Below, in pieces: positions 38,286-46,128 of a stretch of DNA of 64,000 nt (position 1 is the stretch's first letter; each line of letters starts with the position of its first letter). The stretch is from Bianqueaceae bacterium (GTDB lineage: Bacteria; Bacillota; Clostridia; Lachnospirales; Bianqueaceae): positions 1,207 through 65,206 of the forward strand of contig JAZQUJ010000157.1 of the NCBI GenBank assembly GCA_045631245.1. The letters run 5' to 3'. Position numbers and translations under genes: made by a program. The notes under the pieces are model-generated. The model saw only the letters and a list, made by a program, of their open reading frames with translations, did not search any database and was not told the DNA's origin.

Positions 38286-39446
38286 ATGGATGAGTTGAAA
38301 TTCAGTTTAATGCATAAAGATGATCCGGTATGTGCTGTGACGATGGATGCCGATTCCGGTGCAATGCTGCGTGTATCTAAACCGATCCATCCAGAACTGC
38401 TTCCGCCGGGTGGGAATATGGATGCATCTAAACTTCGCAAATGGTGGCAGCTCCGCGCGGTTCCTATGGACCAAGGAAAAATTATGCGAATTATTGAACA
38501 GGCGGGTTTTTCTACGACTCAAAAATACCTTGTTCGAAACTGGGGTTTGAGTTTGACGGATCATTATTGGATCAAGCCTCTTGACGTGGAGCTAAGCTGG
38601 GATGATGTGAATTTATTCACGAATGATTTTCGTGATCCGGTTGGTGACATGCAATTTGCGGATGTGATTGGAAAGTCATTAGAGCTTCCTCAAAATGCCT
38701 TCTCCCCCAGCTCTTCTCTTCAAGGAAATCTTAGGAAAAAATGGGTGATTACAAATGGAAAGCGTTGCCTTATAAAAGCAAATCATGGCAGTAATTCACA
38801 GGAAAGCCTTAATGAAGTGGCGGCAACATTGCTGCATTTCAAACAGGAAAAACAACCTTATGTATCGTACGCACCAATTCATGGGAATACAGACGATTCG
38901 ATCCATTGTATATGTGAAAGCTTTACTTCTGATTCGATTGAACTGTTAACTGCTTATGATATGATTGAGTCTGTTAATTGTCCAAGCTCGGTGTCTAGCT
39001 ATGAGAATTTCATTCGTGTTTGTGAAAGTCATGGACTGAGCGAAGAGGTAAGTCGACCTTTTCTGGAATATCAGATTGTAACAGATTTTGTGCTCACCAA
39101 TACAGATCGGCATTTGCGGAATATTGGTGTTCTGCGAAATACGGATACTCTGCAATTGATCGGCATGGCACCAATCTTCGACACCGGAAATTCAATGTTT
39201 TGGGATAATCCCCGGCTGCCACTCCATCAGGACTTAACGGATATCGAGGTAAATAGCTTCAGATCAAAGGAATCACAGCTTCTTAAGTATGTGCAAAGCC
39301 AAAATCGGGTGGATATATCCAAGTTGCCAAGTGAGGATGAGTTGCGGGCAATTTACGAGAAAGATCTGTTGTTTACACAGTTCAATTCCATCTTCTTAGG
39401 CTATCAGAAGAAAATTGATCTGTTGGCAAGACAAAATTTGATTTGA
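38286..39446 (+). CDS. HipA-like serine/threonine kinase toxin
   Basis: LTDHYWIKP, the catalytic loop TNTDRHLRNIGVL and PIFDTGNS. Confidence 0.75.
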   Translation: MDELKFSLMHKDDPVCAVTMDADSGAMLRVSKPIHPELLPPGGNMDASKLRKWWQLRAVPMDQGKIMRIIEQAGFSTTQKYLVRNWGLSLTDHYWIKPLDVELSWDDVNLFTNDFRDPVGDMQFADVIGKSLELPQNAFSPSSSLQGNLRKKWVITNGKRCLIKANHGSNSQESLNEVAATLLHFKQEKQPYVSYAPIHGNTDDSIHCICESFTSDSIELLTAYDMIESVNCPSSVSSYENFIRVCESHGLSEEVSRPFLEYQIVTDFVLTNTDRHLRNIGVLRNTDTLQLIGMAPIFDTGNSMFWDNPRLPLHQDLTDIEVNSFRSKESQLLKYVQSQNRVDISKLPSEDELRAIYEKDLLFTQFNSIFLGYQKKIDLLARQNLI

Positions 39447-39463
39447 GATTAAGGAGATCTATC

Positions 39464-40180
39464 ATGTTCAACTTCAACAATAAAATCGTCGTCATCACCG
39501 GCGGTGCCCGCGGCATCGGCCGCTGCATCCGGGAGCAGTTCGAGGCTGCCGGAGCTACCGTGTGCGTGATCGACGTATTAGATAACGATTATTTCGTGGG
39601 CGATCTGGCCGATAAGCAGGCCCTGGAGGCCTTTGCCGCCAAGGTGATCGCCGACCACGGCCACGTGGACTGTTTGATCAACAACGCCGCGCCCAAGATG
39701 TGCGGCCTTGCAGATGGCTCCTACGAGGATTTTGAGTATGCTCTGAAGGTGGGCGTGACCGCGCCCTTCTACTTGAGCAAGCTGTTTGCGCCCCATTTTG
39801 CCCCGGGCGCCAGCATTGTGAACATCTCCTCCTCGCGGGATCGCATGAGCCAGCCCCAGACCGAGAGCTATACGGCGGCCAAGGGCGGCATCAGCGCCCT
39901 GACCCACGCCCTGGCCATGAGCCTGGCGGGCAGCGTGCGGGTGAACTCCATATCGCCGGGCTGGATCGACAACGATTACACCGTGTACGAGGGCCCGGAT
40001 GCGGTGCAGCAGCCCTCGGGCCGGGTGGGCAATCCGCCGGATATCGCCCACATGGTGCTCTACCTGTGCTCCGACATGGCCGGCTTCATCAACGGCGAGA
40101 ACATCTGCATCGATGGCGGCATGACCCGCCAGATGATCTACCACGGCGACCACGGCTGGACGCTGGAGGACCATTCGTGA
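39464..40180 (+). CDS. SDR-family oxidoreductase
   Basis: TGGARGIGR and YTAAK motifs. Confidence 0.85.
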   Translation: MFNFNNKIVVITGGARGIGRCIREQFEAAGATVCVIDVLDNDYFVGDLADKQALEAFAAKVIADHGHVDCLINNAAPKMCGLADGSYEDFEYALKVGVTAPFYLSKLFAPHFAPGASIVNISSSRDRMSQPQTESYTAAKGGISALTHALAMSLAGSVRVNSISPGWIDNDYTVYEGPDAVQQPSGRVGNPPDIAHMVLYLCSDMAGFINGENICIDGGMTRQMIYHGDHGWTLEDHS

Positions 40181-40260
40181 TGCACTATAATATTAGCAAA
40201 ACAAAGTGATAATGGCAGGATAGCATATCGAACATAACACATAAATTGGAGGGAAATTCT

Positions 40261-40941
40261 ATGCATGCTTGTTCGAATTACACCATAAAATTAGTCGGAA
40301 CGGAAGAGGAAATTAAAAAGGCAACAGCCGTTGTGGCGACTGTATTTCATGATGAGTCTTTGCTTGGAAAAGATTGTATCGAAATTGAAGAAACCTATCA
40401 ATTTGTATGGGTTCAGGATGTTACCAAACTTGCTGAGTTAATGGTAAAAAATTCTCCCAATATTTCTTCGTTTATGATTGCGGGCACTGTTGATACAAGT
40501 GAGAGTGCTGGTGAATATATGGACTTTCTAATCAAATATGAGCAGGGCTCCTTATCTGTACAATCTTCTTGTTGGTATTTAATTTTAGATGCAGATGAAT
40601 TTGAGGATTATGAGGAATTCAGCGAGGTGTATGAGGGATACTCTGAAGAGGAATATGAAGAATTGTGTCAATGCCCTCATTATATTCTGGATAGCGGTGA
40701 TGGTGATATTGTAACAGAAGTTCCATTGGATGATTTCAAAGTGATTGATCTGGGCGCAACCAGTGTATACATTGAAGAAAGTGCTGTGGACTTTTCGCCT
40801 GTTCCTGTGTGCCGTTGTGCGTGTGGCAATGATGTTACTTTAGAAAATGATGATGATAAACTATTTCCTCTGTATGTAGGAGAGAGTTTACCAGTGTCTT
40901 GTGAAAAATGTGGAAAAAAATATAAAGTGTTCATGAAATAA
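40261..40941 (+). CDS. acidic hypothetical protein with C-terminal Cys4 ribbon
   Basis: ATG follows GGAGGG. CRCACG...CEKCGK motif. AT-richer than its neighbours. Confidence 0.6.
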   Translation: MHACSNYTIKLVGTEEEIKKATAVVATVFHDESLLGKDCIEIEETYQFVWVQDVTKLAELMVKNSPNISSFMIAGTVDTSESAGEYMDFLIKYEQGSLSVQSSCWYLILDADEFEDYEEFSEVYEGYSEEEYEELCQCPHYILDSGDGDIVTEVPLDDFKVIDLGATSVYIEESAVDFSPVPVCRCACGNDVTLENDDDKLFPLYVGESLPVSCEKCGKKYKVFMK

Positions 40942-41049
40942 AAATGCGGAAACCAAGCGACCCTACCTGGGCAGCCTTCGATCACAAGTTAGGAGGCGGC
41001 ACTATATAGCTGAAAAATCGGTGCAAAAGTGCTTTGAAACGAGGTTAGT

Positions 41050-41733
41050 ATGAATTTAATACAACAACATCTTTTTGCCCTGCAGGACCTTTCCTACAGG
41101 GCTTTTCAGTCCAAACTTATGCCCACCGTAGATCCCTCCCGAGTGATCGGCGTGCGCATGCCCGCTCTGCGCCAACTGGCCAAGGAGATCGCGGCAGAGC
41201 CGCAAACCATGGCGGATTTTCTTGCTTTGCCAGAGCATATTTATTACGAGGAAGATAATCTGGAAGGCCTGCTGATCAACGGGATAAAGGATTTTGAGGA
41301 GTGTATTGAGGCGCTGGAACGATTGCTGCCTAGGGTGGATAACTGGGCGACCTGTGATCTGCTGAAGCCGGTGAGCTTTAAGAAGGCCACGCAAGATCGG
41401 CTACTACCTCATGTGCGCCGGTGGCTGGCATCGGAACATGTATACACCTGTCGATTTGGTGTGGGTGTGCTGATGAATTATTACTTGGATGAGGCTTTTG
41501 AACCCAGGTTTCTGGAGTGGGTTGGCGCGATTCGTTCAGAAGAGTATTATGTAAATATGGGAATTGCATGGTATTTTGCCACGGCACTGGCGAAACAGTG
41601 GGAGGAAGCGGTGAAGTGGATGGAGGACGGACGGTTAATGCCTTGGGTGCATAATAAGACGGTGCAGAAGGCAAGAGAGAGTTATAGGGTGAGTGAGGAG
41701 AGGAAAGAGTATTTGGGAATGTTGAAGAAGTAA
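41050..41733 (+). CDS. DNA alkylation repair protein (AlkD-like HEAT-repeat family)
   Basis: The 227-aa sequence pattern FQSKLMPTVDPSRVIGVRMPALRQLAKE is typical of this family. Confidence 0.65.
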   Translation: MNLIQQHLFALQDLSYRAFQSKLMPTVDPSRVIGVRMPALRQLAKEIAAEPQTMADFLALPEHIYYEEDNLEGLLINGIKDFEECIEALERLLPRVDNWATCDLLKPVSFKKATQDRLLPHVRRWLASEHVYTCRFGVGVLMNYYLDEAFEPRFLEWVGAIRSEEYYVNMGIAWYFATALAKQWEEAVKWMEDGRLMPWVHNKTVQKARESYRVSEERKEYLGMLKK

Positions 41734-41844
41734 TAAAATCAGGTTTTGTAAATAAATATTTTCTATATTATTGAAAGAATTAGATTGATTTGATAATATA
41801 TAAGTGATTTATCAATATAATTTAATTATTTGGAGAGCGATAAA

Positions 41845-43113
41845 ATGGAAAATAGAATCAATAACCCATATGAGGAAGATAGAAGGTTCTCTCAATATCC
41901 GGAAGAAATGGATTTATATTTTTTGAATAATGAGATATACATTAAGATAATGCCACAAGAGTTTATGGAGGACATTGAATTACGAATATCGGATTTTCCT
42001 GTAACAAGTAGTAAACAATATCATGAATATTTGAAATCTGAGATTATGTTTTGGGAGAAAAATGATCCAGAGAAAAAATTAAATTCTATATCTCGTAAAA
42101 ATTTGTTAGATAGAGCAATGCGTAAGTTTGAAGAGGCAATGAAATCCTATGCTAGTGGTAGGTATCAAAATGGAAAAGCTGAACTGAGCGGAAGTGTTTC
42201 GATTATTTCGGTTGGATGTTTGCATTCAAAAACTATTTTGGCAAAAGTTCTTTTACAGCAAAAAGAGAAAGAAGAAAATTTTTTTCGTGGCCTGAGAGTA
42301 GGATTGTCAAAAGATAGAACAGTTGCGTTAGTGAATACTGCATCTGATCATGAAGGTTTCAATTTTGCATTGGGATTAATTAAGCATATAAAAGAAGAAA
42401 TACATGTTTATCCAAGCAGTATAGATGAGCTTGAAAAACGAGTTTCGGAGGCATGTCAAAACTATGCAGATTTGAACCGACAGTATATGAAGTCATTTTA
42501 CGACCATGAGAGGAGAATATTGGATATAAGCAATCATACTTCTGATCATCTCAAAGAGTTAGAGAGTAGAACCAATTCTTATTATGAGAAAAAAGAGAAA
42601 AGATGTGAAGAGTTAGAAAAATTATACGGAGAAAAACTTAAACTACAAGCGCCAGCAGAATATTGGAAAGAGCTTGATGATGAGTATTCCCAAAAAGGTA
42701 AAATGTGGCTAGCGTTTAGTATCATGACTGCTATTATAATGATCAGTGTATTAATAGTAATATTATTAAAAATTCCTGAGATATTTTCTAATGACCTTCA
42801 TTGGCTAGAGGTGATTAAGAATTCAGCTATTATCACAATCATAACAAGTATTGCGGCATATATGTTAAGACTCTTTGTACGAATGTCAATGAGTTCTTTG
42901 CATCTAGCCAGAGATGCTAAAGAAAGAAATAAACTTACATATTTTTATTTGGCTCTTATTGAAAAAGATGCAGTATCTGATAAAGAAAGGGCAATTATTT
43001 TGAATTCATTGTTTAGTAGGTCGGATACTGGTTTATTAAAAGGAGAATCATCGCCTACAATGTCTAATAATGTAATGGAATTAGTTGAAAGTTTTACCCA
43101 AAAAGGTAATTAA
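41845..43113 (+). CDS. hypothetical protein: soluble N-terminal region, coiled coil, two C-terminal TM helices
   Basis: ATG follows GGAGAG. TM segments MWLAFSIMTAIIMISVLIVILLKI and AIITIITSIAAYMLRLFV. Confidence 0.7.
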   Translation: MENRINNPYEEDRRFSQYPEEMDLYFLNNEIYIKIMPQEFMEDIELRISDFPVTSSKQYHEYLKSEIMFWEKNDPEKKLNSISRKNLLDRAMRKFEEAMKSYASGRYQNGKAELSGSVSIISVGCLHSKTILAKVLLQQKEKEENFFRGLRVGLSKDRTVALVNTASDHEGFNFALGLIKHIKEEIHVYPSSIDELEKRVSEACQNYADLNRQYMKSFYDHERRILDISNHTSDHLKELESRTNSYYEKKEKRCEELEKLYGEKLKLQAPAEYWKELDDEYSQKGKMWLAFSIMTAIIMISVLIVILLKIPEIFSNDLHWLEVIKNSAIITIITSIAAYMLRLFVRMSMSSLHLARDAKERNKLTYFYLALIEKDAVSDKERAIILNSLFSRSDTGLLKGESSPTMSNNVMELVESFTQKGN

Positions 43114-43342
43114 GTAGAGAATCAATATGAATATATGTATATAATGTAAAATATGATAATTTTAAATAGTGGAGAGAAGAAGAAATATTTGAGAAAGTTA
43201 CGGAAGTAATTTATAGATTAACTAACTTCAGTGGACTGGAAGTATTTACAATTATTTCATCTTCGGTTTACAGTTTATCTACCCTGAAAATTTGCTAATG
43301 ATGTATGATTAGATATATTAATATTGAAAGGCGACATATACA

Positions 43343-43735
43343 ATGCGCGAAATATTTAGACTATTTTTTGAGCAGTTTACAAATCAACTTACATTCTTGT
43401 TGGATCCAGTAGCTCAATGGATTGTTATTTTTGTTTTACATAAAATTATATTTAAACTTGCATTCAGAGTTATTGGTGATTTCTATCGTTCTAGGATTAT
43501 CAGTGGCCGTCTTGTTGGTTCATTTCTGCACTGGGTCTTTCGAAGCATTAGTTTTGCAATTGCTTGGATACTAGTTAATTTTTTTGTGATTGCACATAAT
43601 TTCGTCACAAAGCATTGGACGATGAGCATTGGTACAATCGGAGGTATCTTATTATTTTCGGTAGTTGTCATTGGAATACGTAAGATCCTATTGCAACGTC
43701 GAAGCAAAAATTCAGCTATGCGTTTATCAACATAA
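43343..43735 (+). CDS. small membrane protein (about 4 TM)
   Basis: 130 aa, hydrophobic throughout. Confidence 0.6.
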   Translation: MREIFRLFFEQFTNQLTFLLDPVAQWIVIFVLHKIIFKLAFRVIGDFYRSRIISGRLVGSFLHWVFRSISFAIAWILVNFFVIAHNFVTKHWTMSIGTIGGILLFSVVVIGIRKILLQRRSKNSAMRLST

Positions 43736-43766
43736 AAGATATTGTGATAGATAGAAAGGAGAAGCT

Positions 43767-44459
43767 ATGGAAACTTCTTTTACAACATCTCTAATTAAGT
43801 CTATTGGGACAGATATTGGAACAATAGCAGGTGAATTTTTTGAAGTAGGAATAGATTCATTGTGTGATGATGGTTTGTTGCGAGATATTCCATTTGTATC
43901 TACAGTAGCATCCGTTTTTCACATAGGAAAAACGATCCGTGATAGACACAGTATACTGAAATTGGCTGCATTTATTGAACAGATTAATCAATCCATTGTC
44001 GATGAAGAGGAATTGGAAAAGTATAAAATGCAATTTGAAGCCAATGAAAAACAACGAAATAATGAATTAAGTCATCTATTGATAGTAATCGACAGATATA
44101 TTGGAATGGATCGCCCACGAATGCTTGCTAAATTATATTTGGCATATTTAAGACAGGAGATCCAATGGCCAGAGTTGCTGAGTTATGCAGAGGTTGTAGA
44201 TCGCTTGCTTCCAAACGACTACGAATTACTGGCGAGCAATGGTATCCAAGGAATCCAATACAATGATGTCAATAGTGGATATCTCCGGTTAGCGGCTCTG
44301 GGTATTATGGTTGACTTTGGAAAGAATACTGCATTTAATATGGGTAGATTTTCGATTATCGGTGGAAGTCAGAAAAATTATGCATTGACAAAGTTTGGAG
44401 GCAAGCTAGCAGAAATATTAGGTGTTGTTAACACCGAGTCTTCTGATGAGAATAACTAA
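43767..44459 (+). CDS. hypothetical soluble protein
   Basis: AAGGAG RBS. 230 aa. No motif recognised. Confidence 0.65.
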   Translation: METSFTTSLIKSIGTDIGTIAGEFFEVGIDSLCDDGLLRDIPFVSTVASVFHIGKTIRDRHSILKLAAFIEQINQSIVDEEELEKYKMQFEANEKQRNNELSHLLIVIDRYIGMDRPRMLAKLYLAYLRQEIQWPELLSYAEVVDRLLPNDYELLASNGIQGIQYNDVNSGYLRLAALGIMVDFGKNTAFNMGRFSIIGGSQKNYALTKFGGKLAEILGVVNTESSDENN

Positions 44460-44521
44460 AATACAACATAAGGTGATATCTCTTATACGTTTAAAAAGCA
44501 TAAGAGATATCACCCTTTATT

Positions 44522-44737
44522 TTACTTATCGTTATCGGTGGAAAAGAAAAATATCTCTTCTACAGTGACGCCAAACACCTTAGCTATGTCCATAGCTAGT
44601 TTGAGGGAAGGATTGTATTTACCGTTTTCAAGTTTTCCAATTGTTTCACGGCGCACCCCTACCATTTCTGCAAGTTCAGCTTGTTGGATGTTCAAAGCCT
44701 TCCGAAATTCATGCATTTTAGTGGTTAGTTCAGGCAT
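44522..44737 (-). CDS. XRE-family HTH transcriptional regulator
   Basis: LNIQQAELAEMVGVRRETIGKLENGKYNPSL. Confidence 0.85.
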   Translation of the reverse strand: MPELTTKMHEFRKALNIQQAELAEMVGVRRETIGKLENGKYNPSLKLAMDIAKVFGVTVEEIFFFSTDNDK

Positions 44738-44794
44738 ATTATTCTGCTTCCAACTTACGGAAGAACAATCCAGTCAAAAGATTGTAAACACCGA

Positions 44795-45151
44795 TCAGTA
44801 TAAATAACAAATGCTGGGCCAGTTGATGGCTAAATCTTGTATCAAATCGAAGCCTACTGCAGAAATAATTGATGCCACACATAACAGCAAATATAAAGTA
44901 TTTCCTGCATTTGCATTAGCTTTAGTATAATTGTATTCAGCCATTTCATCGCCATCATTACCGATACGATCAATTTTAACTGCCATAGCAAGAGCAGCAA
45001 TACCAGCTAAAAGGAATAGGGTGGTTAGAATATTACACACTAGGTTCTCGAACATACCAAATAAACCGGCACCAAGCCAAAATATACCGGTTGCTGTTTG
45101 ATTCCAGAATATTGACGTTCCGATCGGGAATACTTTATTCTCTTTGTTCAT
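44795..45151 (-). CDS. small membrane protein co-transcribed with the HTH gene
   Basis: ATG at 45151 follows GGAGGC. Three to four TM helices. Confidence 0.65.
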   Translation of the reverse strand: MNKENKVFPIGTSIFWNQTATGIFWLGAGLFGMFENLVCNILTTLFLLAGIAALAMAVKIDRIGNDGDEMAEYNYTKANANAGNTLYLLLCVASIISAVGFDLIQDLAINWPSICYLY

Positions 45152-45371
45152 AAAATGCCTCCGTAATGTGAATGTCAAGAGGAATGTGATAAATATATCT
45201 CATAAAGTTTGTTGAGCAGATATAATGATTAGCAGGAAAATGATTCATATTGAATCATTTTGTAGATAATGTAATAGCTCTGGTGTGCAAAAGAAATTAG
45301 ATGTGATGATAGGATAATTGATGTGGTACAGTTGCATATAGGTAGGTGAAGGATTTCCGTAGCAATCGCCC

Positions 45372-45535
45372 ACATGGTATTTGGCTACTACACTGGCGAA
45401 GCAGTGGGAGGAAGCGGTGAAGTTGGTTGAGGACGGTAGGTTAACGGACTGGGTACGGAATAAGACAGCGCAGAAGGCAAGGGAGAGTTATAGAGTGAGG
45501 AGCGGAAGGGGTATTTGAAAAAATTGAAGAAGTAA
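45372..45535 (+). pseudogene. decayed duplicate of the 3' end of the alkylation-repair gene
   Basis: Aligns with 41562-41733 (ALAKQWEEAVK...QKARESYRV) and carries an indel causing a frameshift and stop. Confidence 0.8.
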
Positions 45536-45548
45536 TTTTGGTATAAGA

Positions 45549-45591
45549 AAAGCAGTTATTGAAGGCATAGAGATTCAATAACTGCTTTTTT
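45549..45591 (+). terminator. rho-independent terminator (probable original terminator of the repair gene)
   Basis: AGCAGTTATTGAA-loop-TTCAATAACTGCT followed by TTTTT. Repeated at 60112-60150 in weaker form. Confidence 0.7.
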
Positions 45592-45595
45592 GAGG

Positions 45596-45641
45596 TTAAC
45601 ATAAATGTTAAGTTTGGGACAAAATTTAACATTTATGTTAA
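45596..45641 (+). promoter_or_regulatory. two 16-bp palindromes TTAACAT(A/T)(A/T)ATGTTAA, 30 bp apart (candidate operators)
   Basis: 45596-45611 and 45626-45641, each followed by GTTTG(G/A)GG. They lie upstream of the XRE gene and a TGTATAAT extended -10 element. Confidence 0.5.
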
Positions 45642-45809
45642 GTTTGAGGGAAGTTTAGTTGCTTTAACATGATGAAGAATGTATAATATAAGAAAATAGT
45701 GAATAATAGAGGTCCGTCCCTTAACATATAAATGAAAATGTATAGTTTTTAAAGATTAGTAAAAAATTTTTGAGACAACGCTATTTTGTTTATTGGGAGG
45801 AGAACCTTT

Positions 45810-46025
45810 ATGGTAGTCAGTTATAAAAAACTCTGGAAGATGCTGATCGATAAGGATATGAAAAAGAAGGATCTCTGCGCATTAGCCGGTATCAGCTCTG
45901 CGTCCGTTACGAAGATGGGCAAGGGTGGCCATGTGACTACCGAAGTTCTTGCGAAGATTTGCGTGGCGTTGGGCTGCACAATAGATGACATTATGGAAAT
46001 TATTCCGGACGACTCCACAAATTAA
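45810..46025 (+). CDS. XRE-family HTH protein (possible controller of the R-M operon)
   Basis: ATG follows GGGAGGAG. KKKDLCALAGISSASVTKMGKG. Confidence 0.75.
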   Translation: MVVSYKKLWKMLIDKDMKKKDLCALAGISSASVTKMGKGGHVTTEVLAKICVALGCTIDDIMEIIPDDSTN

Positions 46026-46128
46026 TAACTCTTGAAATTGTCATGGTGGAAATTGTTCGCTTGAACGATAACTTTTTTCTACATTGGCTAATTATATACG
46101 ACAATAGACTTGGAAGGAGGGCTGGTAG

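Larger units (their letters stand above)
41734..45371. other. AT-rich accessory segment 1, inserted behind/into the 3' end of the alkylation-repair gene
   Basis: Composition drops abruptly at 41734. A decayed copy of the last roughly 160 nt of the repair gene reappears at 45372-45535. Confidence 0.6.
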
